Shown here: piece after piece, positions 39,022 to 49,515 of the stretch | Layout: every line of letters begins with the position of its first letter | How positions within the stretch are numbered: the stretch's first letter is position 1 | Assembly: GCA_041906885.1 (NCBI GenBank) | Contig: JAYRII010000001.1 | Location: forward strand, 773-64,772 | DNA length: 64,000 nt | From: Candidatus Saccharimonadia bacterium | Lineage (GTDB): Bacteria; Patescibacteriota; Saccharimonadia; CAILAD01; CAZGYV01 | Direction of reading: 5' to 3' | Program-made: the position numbers and the translations under genes | The notes under the pieces: model-generated | Told to the model about the DNA's origin: nothing | The model's input: the letters and a program-made list of their open reading frames with translations, nothing else | Database searches by the model: none

Positions 39022-40311
39022 TTAGCTTAGCTTATTAGCCACTACTATTGTAACGTCTTTGACAGGCACAATTTCTTGTGTACCATTTACCATATCCTTA
39101 ACTATGACATTGCCACTGGCAAGCTCCTTATTGCCTAGAATCACGCAGAGCTTTGCCTTCAAGCGACTAGCCTGAGCCAACTGACCAGTCATACTACCCT
39201 TAGCATAAGAACTAACTGATGATATATTAACATCTAAAAGCTTCTCAACTAACCTAAAAACCTGGTCGCGTGAATCATCAGATAGGCCAACGACGTAGAC
39301 TTGGGGGGCTGGTGATAATGGCAACTTACCACTTTTTTCAAGCTCTAACAATATACGTTCTACGCCTAAGCCAAAGCCAACGGCCCCAGTTGATTGGCCG
39401 CCGAGCTCTTCGACCAGACCATCATAGCGGCCACCACCACCAATCGAGTCCTGTTGGCCGACATGTGAGCCTTTAAATTCATAGACTGTCCGATTGTAGT
39501 AATCAAAACCACGCACCAGACGCGGATTGAGATCATACTCAATCCCCAAATCATCCAGATACTCTAAAACGGTCGAGAAATGCTCCTTAGTCTCAGCATC
39601 GAGATAGTCTAAGATTTGTGGGGCATTTTCGGCTATTTTCACAATGGCCTCATCCTTACTATCAAGCAAGCGCATTGGATTGCGTGCAAGTTGATTAGTG
39701 GCGTTTTCTGGCAATTCACTTAAATAAGGGGAAAAATATTTGACTAAATCGGCTTGGAATTTCACCCTAGCCTGCTTATCACCGATTGAGTTAACTTGCA
39801 GCTTAAAGTCAATTTCAAGACTTTTAAACAACCTGACCGCTAATGCTATCACATGAGCATCCATATAGGCCTCTTTGACACCAAATACCTCGACTCCAAG
39901 CTGGTGATGCTGTCGATAACGCCCAGCTTGAGGCCGCTCATAACGAAAATGCGGCTCGAAATAGAAAAGTTTGATTGGTTTTGGTTGATTATCGAGGTGA
40001 TTTTCTAGATAGGCTCGAACCACACCAGCGGTCGATTCTGGCTTCAAGGCTAATTTATTATCCGACTTATCAGTAAAAACGTACATTTCCTTTGATACAA
40101 CCTCAGTATCGCTACCGACACTCCGAATGAACAAATTGGCATCCTCAAACATAGGAGTTGAGATGCGTTCAAAGCCAGCCTCCAAGCACAGTCGCGTAAA
40201 ATTATCATAGACCTGTCGCCAGGCAGGCTGAATATCACCCAATATATCTTGAGTACCTCGTGGTTTTTTAAATTTATCACTAGCCACAGTCTTACCAAGC
40301 TCCCAAATCAA
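39022..40311 (-). CDS. hisS: histidyl-tRNA synthetase
   Basis: Class II motifs 1-3 and the HisRS anticodon-binding domain. Confidence 0.95.
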   Translation of the reverse strand: MIWELGKTVASDKFKKPRGTQDILGDIQPAWRQVYDNFTRLCLEAGFERISTPMFEDANLFIRSVGSDTEVVSKEMYVFTDKSDNKLALKPESTAGVVRAYLENHLDNQPKPIKLFYFEPHFRYERPQAGRYRQHHQLGVEVFGVKEAYMDAHVIALAVRLFKSLEIDFKLQVNSIGDKQARVKFQADLVKYFSPYLSELPENATNQLARNPMRLLDSKDEAIVKIAENAPQILDYLDAETKEHFSTVLEYLDDLGIEYDLNPRLVRGFDYYNRTVYEFKGSHVGQQDSIGGGGRYDGLVEELGGQSTGAVGFGLGVERILLELEKSGKLPLSPAPQVYVVGLSDDSRDQVFRLVEKLLDVNISSVSSYAKGSMTGQLAQASRLKAKLCVILGNKELASGNVIVKDMVNGTQEIVPVKDVTIVVANKLS

Positions 40312-40352
40312 TATAAAATAAAATTACCACAAAATCTGACTCTCGACCACTA

Positions 40353-42011
40353 CTAAGTCCGGGCGTTCGAACTGTCGGCCGACTCGACCATATCGATCAC
40401 TTCAAGCTGGACCGATGCTATGTTGCGCCACTGGTTGACATTGAGATGGTAAAGTGCCTTAACCAGACAATCGGCCTTGAGCCAGCTCCACTTGTCAGCC
40501 GCCGAAAAAGCAATTCCACTAAGCTGGCTTCCGCCTGGACTAACAAACTCCAACTTAACATGCTTTAAATCCACCCCAATCAACTTAAAACTTTTTAGTG
40601 TTAGTTGGCTTTCTAGGATCGGTTCTCGATTTTTATTGCCATATGGCTCAAGCCGCCGAAGTTGCTGGGCAGATTCTATCGATAACCGATCGCCATCTAG
40701 TAATAAATCGATCTCGATCGTAGTAATTAAATCAGAATCATGAATGACCTTTTTAGCATATTGATTGATTTGAGTTTTAAATTCATCTAGATTTTCGAGC
40801 TTAATTGTAAGTCCAGCGGCAAACTGATGACCGCCAAATTTCTCCAATAACTTTGAAGAGCTTGAAATCGCCTTTATAATATCAAAGCTCCCGACACTCC
40901 TAGCTGATCCTTTAGCTGTCTCGGCTTGTTTTTGTAGAATAATGGTAGGCTTGGCAAATTTTTCGGCAATTCGTGATGCCGCAATCCCAGCCACACCATG
41001 CGACCAACTCTCATCAGCCAATACCAGTACAGTATCCTTACTATATTTTTTTGCTAACTGGCTGGCCTCTTGGTATATTTTTGCCGTATTCTGTTGTCGT
41101 ATGACATTCAACTGCTCAAGCTCTAAGGCCAGTTCTTTGGCCTCGCTTGCTTGATTGGTGATTAGAAGCTGTAAAGCCTTATTAGCATGCGTTAGTCTAC
41201 CGGCTGCATTAAGACGCGGGCCAAGTCGAAAACCTATATCACCACTCTTGATTCTGGCCAGGTCAACTCCAGTCATTTCAGCTAAAGCCCTTAGGCCGGT
41301 TCGTCGGCTCTTGGCCAGTACTTTTAATCCGAACAATACGAGTGTTCGGTTCTCATCAATTAGAGGTACGACATCACAAACTGTACCGAGTGCCACCAGG
41401 TCAAGTAGCCATTTTTCTTGGCCTTTTTCTAGTCCATTTGGCAATACTGATTGTAGAGCTAAAATAAGCTTATAAGCCACCCCAACTCCAGCAAGCTCGT
41501 TAAAGGGATACTTAGAGGAAGGTAATTTGGGATTGACCAAAGCCACAGCTCTTGCGGGTAGTTTTTCAGGTGGATTATGGTGATCTGTCACGATAATATC
41601 GAGTCCGTCTAGGCTGGCTTGAGCGATTTCTCTCTCCGATGTAATGCCACAGTCAACCGTTATTACCAAATCAGCCCCTTTGGATTTGATTTTTTCTAAC
41701 GCTTGACTATTGATACCATAACCCTCTTCAAATCTATCAGGGATATAGACGGAGACGTTAGCACCAAAGCTCTTTAACCCGTCCAAGAGTAAGCTTGAGG
41801 CAGTCAAGCCGTCAATATCATAGTCGCCGTAGATGACGATCGACTGATTTTTCTTAATGGCCAAGCCCAAACGCTCTACAGCTTTCCCCATATCTGGCAA
41901 TAAAAATGGATCATGCAAGCTGTGCCCAAAGTCAGGATCAATAAAATCAGTCGCATCACTCTCACCTAAACCCCGACTTTTTAGCACACAAAGAGCCAGG
42001 TCATCGCTCAA
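40353..42011 (-). CDS. recJ: single-stranded-DNA-specific exonuclease RecJ
   Basis: DHH motifs (DYDIDG, DHH), a DHHA1 domain and a C-terminal OB-fold. Confidence 0.9.
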   Translation of the reverse strand: MSDDLALCVLKSRGLGESDATDFIDPDFGHSLHDPFLLPDMGKAVERLGLAIKKNQSIVIYGDYDIDGLTASSLLLDGLKSFGANVSVYIPDRFEEGYGINSQALEKIKSKGADLVITVDCGITSEREIAQASLDGLDIIVTDHHNPPEKLPARAVALVNPKLPSSKYPFNELAGVGVAYKLILALQSVLPNGLEKGQEKWLLDLVALGTVCDVVPLIDENRTLVLFGLKVLAKSRRTGLRALAEMTGVDLARIKSGDIGFRLGPRLNAAGRLTHANKALQLLITNQASEAKELALELEQLNVIRQQNTAKIYQEASQLAKKYSKDTVLVLADESWSHGVAGIAASRIAEKFAKPTIILQKQAETAKGSARSVGSFDIIKAISSSSKLLEKFGGHQFAAGLTIKLENLDEFKTQINQYAKKVIHDSDLITTIEIDLLLDGDRLSIESAQQLRRLEPYGNKNREPILESQLTLKSFKLIGVDLKHVKLEFVSPGGSQLSGIAFSAADKWSWLKADCLVKALYHLNVNQWRNIASVQLEVIDMVESADSSNART

Positions 42012-42106
42012 ACCTGGTTCAATCGCACGAGAATAGATCCACTGACTACTAATCTTAAGTCCTCCCTAAAATAAAAGGTAGCTGTTGTCTAATTATAGAC
42101 TATGTT

Positions 42107-42289
42107 TTAGAACTTATGGTGAGTAGTCAGGTAATAAGCACTCGAATTTCGAGATTTAAAGCCAATCGGGACTTGCGGCCTGCTGGCTTTGCGATGCGCT
42201 TTTAGGTAGGCATTTGTTTCGGCTATTTTGAGCTCCTTTGCCGTTTGGATGTCACTTTTTATTTTGAGAGTCTTCAGTAATCGATACAT
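42107..42289 (-). CDS. small basic hypothetical protein (60 aa)
   Basis: Its start abuts the stop of the upstream HTH gene (42289 / 42291), suggesting translational coupling. No homology recognised, and it could be spurious. Confidence 0.3.
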   Translation of the reverse strand: MYRLLKTLKIKSDIQTAKELKIAETNAYLKAHRKASRPQVPIGFKSRNSSAYYLTTHHKF

Positions 42290-42290
42290 T

Positions 42291-42566
42291 TTATGTCCTT
42301 TTCTTTCTGTTGGTTTTTAACACCATATTCTGCAGTTCGCGGAAAAGTAAAAAATTCTGGTTCGCCCAGTAAAGCTTGGTATTGGCGTCTTTAGCTGATT
42401 TTAGATAACCAACTTTTTCTAGTCGCGAAAGCTCGCGCTGCACATTACCAGGATCTTCCTTTAAAACCTTGGCTAATCCGCGTACGTGCACCCTATAATC
42501 AGGATACTTGCTATATATAGTTATTATTTTACGTCTTGTTTTTGATGTTATGAATAATTTTAGCAT
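42291..42566 (-). CDS. winged-helix (ArsR/MarR-like) transcriptional regulator
   Basis: 91 aa with a helix-turn-helix / wing pattern (...VRGLAKVLKEDPGNVQRELSRLEKVGYLKS...). Confidence 0.55.
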   Translation of the reverse strand: MLKLFITSKTRRKIITIYSKYPDYRVHVRGLAKVLKEDPGNVQRELSRLEKVGYLKSAKDANTKLYWANQNFLLFRELQNMVLKTNRKKRT

Positions 42567-42689
42567 AGATATTTTTACAACTTTATTTTTATTTATAGCT
42601 TATAAAAGCTTTATAACATTGTAAAACATAAGTTATATAATTTACAACAATTTTTTCAAAGTTATTTATGAAAAAAAGCTTATGCTATA

Positions 42690-43661
42690 ATGGACTTGGA
42701 AATTGGATTCTACCCTAATATGGATTTATTGTGTCCTAATTGTGAAAGCTGCCTCACCCCATCATCGGTCGGGTATCTTTGTGTTGGCTGTGGGGCGGTC
42801 CATAAATTTTATCGCACACCTGACGGCACGCCAATTGGCCCCGATATAAGAAGACGTTCATATAACTCCGAAGCGATGGAGAATCCTAGTCAGCCACCTA
42901 ATGTCACCAGCCAGTCATACCAACCGATAGTCAATCATACCGACTCAATCCAATATAAACGTCACCTGAGGACTCGATTAAAGCAGATGGTTGTACCGGA
43001 GCTTCCTTCGTCGATTGACAATATGGAGCTCAAGCAGGTCGACAGACCTTTGCTCAAACAGGTCGACAAACCTTTGCTCAACCCTGTTCCAGATAGCAAT
43101 GTCTTTCAGCCAGCCATTAGTAATCATGCTGGTGAGTCTAAAACAATCGAAAATCCAAGCCAATTTCAAGCTCCAAAGCAGAAAAAGAGCAGCCTAATAA
43201 AAATAACGCTGATCGCTGGACTAATTGTCCTTTTATTAGTCGTATCCTTAGTGGTAATTGGTCTGATTGGCCGCAGAAATAACGCTGCCCACCAAAGTAC
43301 CTCGACCCCTTCCGCTAGCTCTTCAAAACCTAATGATGCCATCGTTACCACGTCGACTGGTGTGATTGATCGCGATAAACAACGCAAAAGAGACCTCAAG
43401 GAGATCAGTACAGCCCTTGAAGTCTACAAGCAGGATTCTGGCTCCTATCCGATTGGCTCTGATATTAGTGCAGTTTATCCGCTCCAGTTCACAAATCCAC
43501 CCTACATTAAGTTCGTTAGCAATGACCCACTAAGCACTGAATCGGCTAATATTAAATATAGCTATAGCTCTGACGGTAAGACATTTACTTTAAAGGCCAA
43601 AATAGAAAACCCCCAGGATAATGAAATTAAAGATGGATTTTATACCGTTAATGGGTATTAA
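42690..43661 (+). CDS. zinc-ribbon / single-TM / GspG-like (pseudopilin-fold) domain protein
   Basis: N-terminal CPNC...CVGC zinc ribbon, a ~150-aa low-complexity linker, one TM helix (ITLIAGLIVLLLVVSLVVIGLIG), then the GspG/pseudopilin signature DRDKQRKRDLKEISTALEVYKQDSGSYP. There is no class III prepilin cleavage motif (no G-1/E+5). It also contains a 24-bp tandem duplication (KQVDRPLL/KQVDKPLL). Confidence 0.65.
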   Translation: MDLEIGFYPNMDLLCPNCESCLTPSSVGYLCVGCGAVHKFYRTPDGTPIGPDIRRRSYNSEAMENPSQPPNVTSQSYQPIVNHTDSIQYKRHLRTRLKQMVVPELPSSIDNMELKQVDRPLLKQVDKPLLNPVPDSNVFQPAISNHAGESKTIENPSQFQAPKQKKSSLIKITLIAGLIVLLLVVSLVVIGLIGRRNNAAHQSTSTPSASSSKPNDAIVTTSTGVIDRDKQRKRDLKEISTALEVYKQDSGSYPIGSDISAVYPLQFTNPPYIKFVSNDPLSTESANIKYSYSSDGKTFTLKAKIENPQDNEIKDGFYTVNGY

Positions 43662-43663
43662 AG

Positions 43664-44560
43664 TTATTTTGCCTTAGCTCGTTTAATCTTCCAATTATTA
43701 TATACAACCAGTAGCGGCGAGGCATCAAAAATCGATGAGTAGGTACCGGCAATAATGCCGATTAAAAGCGCAAAAACAAACATCTTAATTGATTCGCCAC
43801 CGAATAAGAAAAGAGCCAATAAAGTAATGGTGACAGTCAATGAAGTGTTGATTGATCTAGCAAAGGTCTCAAGAATACTGTCGTTGACAATTTCTTCAAA
43901 TGGCTTATTGTAGCGTCTTAAATTCTCACGAATTCTGTCATAGACTACAATCGTATCATGTACCGAGAATCCAATCACGGTTAAGATTGCTGTCACAAAA
44001 AGACTATCGACTTCAACCCCGAAGAAATGTCCAAGTAGCGAGAATACACCAATCAGAAATAAAGCATCATGCAAAAGTGCCAGTACAGCAGTAATACCAA
44101 AGCTCCATGGACTAACAGGTGGTGGTGTATTGCGAAATGCAAATGCAATGTAAATGACGATCGCTAGAGAGGCCAGCACGATGGCAATTAAAGCGTTGCG
44201 CGTGATATCTCGACTGACAGCTGGTCCAACCGATGAATATGATGTTTCGGTAGCTTTTATTTTGAGTAAACCGCTTTTGATCGCTTGATGAATCTGCTCC
44301 GAATCACCGACGCCCTTATCGCTGTATCTAATGAGTATGGCATCATTACCACTTGGAGTAATTGTAATGTCCTTAACCTTAGCTGACTCCAATATGGCAC
44401 GAATATCATCCTGACTAGCAGTGCCTTTAACCTCCATCTCTTGTCCGCCAGTAAAATCAATACCAGGCTTCAATCCCCATAATACCAACGATATCAGTCC
44501 TGGCAGTATTAGTACCAGTGATATGGTAAACCATAATTTACGCCGGCCGATGATATTCAT
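43664..44560 (-). CDS. secF: protein translocase subunit SecF
   Basis: 6-TM SecF architecture downstream of secD. Confidence 0.9.
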   Translation of the reverse strand: MNIIGRRKLWFTISLVLILPGLISLVLWGLKPGIDFTGGQEMEVKGTASQDDIRAILESAKVKDITITPSGNDAILIRYSDKGVGDSEQIHQAIKSGLLKIKATETSYSSVGPAVSRDITRNALIAIVLASLAIVIYIAFAFRNTPPPVSPWSFGITAVLALLHDALFLIGVFSLLGHFFGVEVDSLFVTAILTVIGFSVHDTIVVYDRIRENLRRYNKPFEEIVNDSILETFARSINTSLTVTITLLALFLFGGESIKMFVFALLIGIIAGTYSSIFDASPLLVVYNNWKIKRAKAK

Positions 44561-45849
44561 TCTTTACCTCCACTAAGCCCATAAATCTTGGGGTTCTGTC
44601 CAAATTTGGTCTTAATCAGTAGCTGCATCAGTGACCGCGATACTGTGATGGCTGTGAACATACTTACAAGTACACCGATCGCCAGGGTAACAGCAAAGCC
44701 TTTAATAATTGGCGCGCCAAAGTTATACAAAATAATACAGGTAATCAGAGTCGATATATTTGAATCCCGAATACTAGTCCAGGCTCGCGAAAAACCGGCC
44801 TCTAAGCCACCGGCTAGGCTCTTACCATGCCTAACTTCTTCACGCATCCGTTCGAATATCAATATATTAGCGTCAACCGCCATGCCAACACTCAATATAA
44901 AACCGGCAATACCGGCTAATGTCAGTACAATCACCCATGGCGTCACAATACTCAGCTTAAATAAGGTGATATTGATTAAGGTGTAGATAATAAGTGCAAT
45001 ACTCGCCACCACACCGGCCGCTCGATAGTATATAATCATAAAAATCATCACCGCCAGCATACCAATAACACCAGCAATTATGCTTTTAGCAATCGATTCA
45101 CTTCCCAAAGTAGCTCCGACTGTTCTTTGCTCGACTAGCTGGATTGGCACCGGCAAAGCACCGGCATTTAAAAGTACAGTGGTTTTTTTGGCCTCGGTAA
45201 CATCCTTAAAGCCTTCCATCTGACCCTTTCCATCGGTGATTGGTGTCGACACCGTGCCATTAAATAAGACCTGATCATCTAGCAGGATCGCCAGACGACT
45301 ATTTTCTTTATTTATCTTAGTGGTAAGATCGGCAAACTTTTGAACTGACTCAGGCTTCATCTCAAACTGAATAATTGGCTTGCCTGACTGTGGATCGATA
45401 TCAACAGTGGCAGTTTTTAGATCTTTACCGCTCACATCGGTTGGCTGAGGCATACCCTCAGCTGAGACTATGTAAAAGCTAAGTTGGGCCGTTTTACCAA
45501 TTAAATTAATAGCTTCATTGATATCCTTGACGCCTGGCAGCTGAACAGCCACACGATCACTACCACTGGTCTGCACCACGACTTCCGATGTGCCGGACGG
45601 ATTGACGCGTTTATTGATCACGTTAATCGTACCTTCGAGCGCATTTTGCCTATCTTTCTGATCAACCTTCGAAAGATCGGCCTGATAAACTAGATTTGCA
45701 CCACCTTGCAAATCCAAACCAAGCCTTACTTTAAGCGCCGTTTTCTTGAGGCCAATAGCACTAAAAACGCGATCTTCGCGCGGAATAGCAATTATCCCCA
45801 CGATCATAGTTAGGGCAATAATGATGTACAGTTTTACTCTATTATTCAT
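44557..45849 (-). CDS. secD: protein translocase subunit SecD
   Basis: SecD periplasmic domain plus a 6-TM C-terminus. Overlaps secF by 4 nt. Confidence 0.9.
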   Translation of the reverse strand: MNNRVKLYIIIALTMIVGIIAIPREDRVFSAIGLKKTALKVRLGLDLQGGANLVYQADLSKVDQKDRQNALEGTINVINKRVNPSGTSEVVVQTSGSDRVAVQLPGVKDINEAINLIGKTAQLSFYIVSAEGMPQPTDVSGKDLKTATVDIDPQSGKPIIQFEMKPESVQKFADLTTKINKENSRLAILLDDQVLFNGTVSTPITDGKGQMEGFKDVTEAKKTTVLLNAGALPVPIQLVEQRTVGATLGSESIAKSIIAGVIGMLAVMIFMIIYYRAAGVVASIALIIYTLINITLFKLSIVTPWVIVLTLAGIAGFILSVGMAVDANILIFERMREEVRHGKSLAGGLEAGFSRAWTSIRDSNISTLITCIILYNFGAPIIKGFAVTLAIGVLVSMFTAITVSRSLMQLLIKTKFGQNPKIYGLSGGKE

Positions 45850-46073
45850 TTACTAAATTGATTAGTATTTTTGATAGCTTCAGTATTTTTTATAACAACC
45901 ATAAAGAGATGTTACTTGGTTAAACTCGAAAAGGCAAATTTAAAACGTCTGTCATTTTTATTTTTTAAGTCAGTCGAAAATAAAAATATACGAATGCAGG
46001 CCGTACTGTTATAATATGAGTAATATATTTAACTATAATATTATTTAATATGATTGAACACTAATTTTATTCT

Positions 46074-48017
46074 ATGGATAAGATAAATGTAGTTGCTATA
46101 TCTGTTGTGAGCTATGGTGGACGTGACAATAAAACGTTTGATTATGTAGTTGATAATGGCTCTAATGTTGAGATTGGTAGCATCGTGGTGGTCGATTTTA
46201 AACACAAACAAACTATCGGTGTTGTACGTAAATTCACAGAAAAAAAAGATCTGGATAATGCCATTAAGCTTCTTGCTGTCACCCAAAAACTAGATTACGC
46301 CCCGCTACCTGGATACCTGCTCGCACTAGCCGATTGGATGGTCGAATACTATGATTCTTCTCAAAAAACAGTCTGGCAGACATTACTTCCTAGCGGCCTG
46401 AAAGCTAAATTGAGACATAGCTTTAAAGCTAGTGGCGCTCAAATATCAGTTAGTTCACCTCCAAATCTAACGGATGAACAGCAGCAGGCTTATGCCTCCA
46501 TCAGTCATGGCTCCTCTCGTGGATACTTATTAAACGGTATCACTGGCTCAGGTAAAACCGAGGTTTATATGAGGCTGATTGAAGATAACCTCAAAGATAA
46601 TAAATCGGCCATGGTTTTAGTTCCTGAAATCGCCTTGACTCCACAGATGATAGATCGTCTGACAGCACGATTTGCCGACAAAATCTTGGTAACTCACTCA
46701 CACATGAGTACGACGGACCGGAAGAGAGCCTGGATTGAATTACTTCATTCAGATAAACCATATATCGTTGTCGGTCCACGATCGGCTTTGTTTATGCCTC
46801 TTAAAAATTTAGGTCTAATCATAATTGACGAGGAGCACGAAACTAGCTACAAACAAGAGAATAGTCCACGTTATCAGGCCGGTTACGTTGCAGCTATGTT
46901 GAGTCGACTGACCGGTGCCAAATACATATTAGGCAGTGCGACGCCATCTATTACCACCACCTGGTTAGCCCGTCAGGGTCGGATCGAGGAAGTCCGAATG
47001 AGGCGTCGTGCGCTTGGCCAAAAACTTCCCATTATCAAGATTATTGATCTGAAGAATAGATCAGAGCTACTATCAAAGGAGCTCAAATCTGCCATCGACA
47101 AAACATTGGCTAGGAATAAACAGGTTTTACTTTTTTTGAACCAACGCGGTAGTGCTCAGGCATATCTGTGTGAAAATTGTGGAAATTCCATGCGTTGTCC
47201 GAATTGCGAAACAAGCCTAACCCTGCATGGTGACATTGCACGACTTTTGTGCCATTATTGCAACTACAGCGTGGCACCGCCAGCACTTTGTCCCGTCTGC
47301 CAAAGCGACAAATTATTTTTTATCGGCACTGGCACCAAAGAAGTTGAGGCTAGACTCAAAAAAATCTACCCACACTCAAAGATCGTTAGAATTGATCGTG
47401 ATAACGCCAACTTCGCGCATCTAGATGACACCTACCAAAAACTAAAAAATGGTGAAATCGACATATTAATCGGCACCCAAATGATCGCTCGAGGTCTTGA
47501 TATACCTGGGATTGATTTGGTCGGTGTGATTATGGCTGATAGCGCTCTAAATATTCCAGACTTTTCAGCCAGCGAGAGAACATTCCAACTCTTGACACAG
47601 GTGGCCGGACGAACCAGCCGCCTAGACGACTCTGGTCGAGTCATCATCCAAACCTACTCTCCTAGTCATCCTGCAATAGAAGCCGCTAGCAGACATGACA
47701 GTGATGCATTCTATGACTATGAGCTACCTCATCGTCAAAAATTTCACTACCCACCTTTTTGCTATCTGGCAAAATTAACGTACAATGATGTTAGCGACGA
47801 TAAAGCCCTCAAAGGAGCTGAGAAGATCGCCAATTTACTACGAAAACAGCATGGTGTCACCATACTCGGCCCTGCTCCTGCTCTCGTTCGTAAAGCAGCT
47901 GGCAAATACAGGTGGCATATTATCTTAAAATCATATCAGCGCAATCAATTAATTGAGCTTACCTCCAAGCTGAAAAGCGGCTGGACCATCGATATGGATC
48001 CAATAAACCTACTTTAG
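46074..48017 (+). CDS. priA: primosomal protein N' (PriA helicase)
   Basis: DEAH-box helicase motifs (GSGKTEVY, DEEH) plus two Cys4 zinc-binding motifs. Confidence 0.95.
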   Translation: MDKINVVAISVVSYGGRDNKTFDYVVDNGSNVEIGSIVVVDFKHKQTIGVVRKFTEKKDLDNAIKLLAVTQKLDYAPLPGYLLALADWMVEYYDSSQKTVWQTLLPSGLKAKLRHSFKASGAQISVSSPPNLTDEQQQAYASISHGSSRGYLLNGITGSGKTEVYMRLIEDNLKDNKSAMVLVPEIALTPQMIDRLTARFADKILVTHSHMSTTDRKRAWIELLHSDKPYIVVGPRSALFMPLKNLGLIIIDEEHETSYKQENSPRYQAGYVAAMLSRLTGAKYILGSATPSITTTWLARQGRIEEVRMRRRALGQKLPIIKIIDLKNRSELLSKELKSAIDKTLARNKQVLLFLNQRGSAQAYLCENCGNSMRCPNCETSLTLHGDIARLLCHYCNYSVAPPALCPVCQSDKLFFIGTGTKEVEARLKKIYPHSKIVRIDRDNANFAHLDDTYQKLKNGEIDILIGTQMIARGLDIPGIDLVGVIMADSALNIPDFSASERTFQLLTQVAGRTSRLDDSGRVIIQTYSPSHPAIEAASRHDSDAFYDYELPHRQKFHYPPFCYLAKLTYNDVSDDKALKGAEKIANLLRKQHGVTILGPAPALVRKAAGKYRWHIILKSYQRNQLIELTSKLKSGWTIDMDPINLL

Positions 48018-48023
48018 AATACA

Positions 48024-48590
48024 ATGATCAGAAAAATCATCACCATCCCAGATAAAATTCTACGAACAAAATCCACTCGAATTGGATTTATTGATGATTC
48101 AATCAAAAAACTAGCCGAGGATATGATCGCAACAACGATCAACTGGGATCATGGTAGCGAATTCGGTGCCGCCTTAGCTGCAATCCAGGTCAATGAGCCG
48201 GTTAGATTAACAGTCGTACGTAATAGTTTCAATGATGGTGAGGATAAGGAATTCACCAGCTTTATTAATCCGGAGATCGTCAAGTACAGTGATGAAACTG
48301 TCACCGATATTGAAGGTTGCCTGAGTGTACCGGGAATTTACGGTCGAGTCGAGCGGCCTAAAAAAATCAAGGTCAAAGCCACTTCGATCGATGGCAGACC
48401 AGTCCGTTTAACTCTTAACGGATTTGCCGCTAGAGTATTTTTACACGAGATAGACCATATGAATGGGAAAATTTTTCTTGACCACATTACTGACAACAGA
48501 GATTTGCTCGAAATTGACAACAAGGGCAAGCTTACGCCAATACAATCAAAAGAAACGCTAAATCGTGAATCAAAATCCAAAACAGCCTAA
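48024..48590 (+). CDS. def: peptide deformylase
   Basis: GCLSVPG, EGCLS and HEIDHMNG (HExxH) motifs. Confidence 0.9.
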   Translation: MIRKIITIPDKILRTKSTRIGFIDDSIKKLAEDMIATTINWDHGSEFGAALAAIQVNEPVRLTVVRNSFNDGEDKEFTSFINPEIVKYSDETVTDIEGCLSVPGIYGRVERPKKIKVKATSIDGRPVRLTLNGFAARVFLHEIDHMNGKIFLDHITDNRDLLEIDNKGKLTPIQSKETLNRESKSKTA

Positions 48591-49509
48591 AATAATATTT
48601 TTTGGTAATGAATCTGTCGCCACTGGCGTGACAACTAACGCACCACTACTGAGATCTTTGATTAGCCATCACTATAATGTCTGCCTGGTGGTGATAAATA
48701 AGCACACTATCTCATCAAGACACAAACAGGAGTTGGCAATCGAGCGAGTAGCCAAAGAGTTTAAAATACCACTAGTTTCTCCAGATAAGCTCAGTGATAT
48801 TAATGACCAGATCAAATCTCTTCAACCAACTCTCGGTGTCTTAGTAGCTTACGGGCGAATTATTCCAGAAACCACTTTAAAGCTTTTTGACTGTGGCATA
48901 ATCAATATTCACCCATCCTTGCTACCAGAATACAGAGGATCTACGCCAATCGAGCATGCCATCTTGGACGGTCGAACCCAAACTGGCGTTACTGTCATGC
49001 TGGTCACGCCTGAAATGGACGCTGGTCCAATCCTAGATCAAGCTAAGCTGAGAATTCATTCAAGCTATACCAAGCAAACCTTAGCTGACAAGTTACTCTT
49101 ATTAGGTCATGACATGGTTTTAAAATTAATTCCAAAAATCCTCGCGGGGCAGTTCACTACCCATAAACAAAATAATAATGCCGCCACCTATACTAAATTA
49201 ATCTCTAAATCAGATGGCAAACTAGATGGTGAAAAAAATAGTTTGACTTTACTGCGCCAGATTAAAGCTTATGCCGGTTGGCCAGGTAGCTACTTGGACT
49301 ACAAGGGCTCTGTCGTCAATGTACTTGAGGCCAATCAATCTAATCTCAATGTTCAGTCAGGTCAGCTGGCCAAATTAAATAAAAAACTATACTTTGGCAC
49401 GCGTGATGGTGCTATAGAGATAACTCTACTCAAGCCTGCTAGTAAGTCGGTCATTTCGGCACGCGAATTTATCAACGGACACCAAGAATTACCAATAGTA
49501 AAAAGTTAG
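48565..49509 (+). CDS. fmt: methionyl-tRNA formyltransferase
   Basis: Formyltransferase N-domain (INIHPSLLPEYRG) plus a C-terminal domain. Canonical priA-def-fmt order. Confidence 0.9.
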   Translation: MNQNPKQPKIIFFGNESVATGVTTNAPLLRSLISHHYNVCLVVINKHTISSRHKQELAIERVAKEFKIPLVSPDKLSDINDQIKSLQPTLGVLVAYGRIIPETTLKLFDCGIINIHPSLLPEYRGSTPIEHAILDGRTQTGVTVMLVTPEMDAGPILDQAKLRIHSSYTKQTLADKLLLLGHDMVLKLIPKILAGQFTTHKQNNNAATYTKLISKSDGKLDGEKNSLTLLRQIKAYAGWPGSYLDYKGSVVNVLEANQSNLNVQSGQLAKLNKKLYFGTRDGAIEITLLKPASKSVISAREFINGHQELPIVKS

Positions 49510-49515
49510 TCTATC

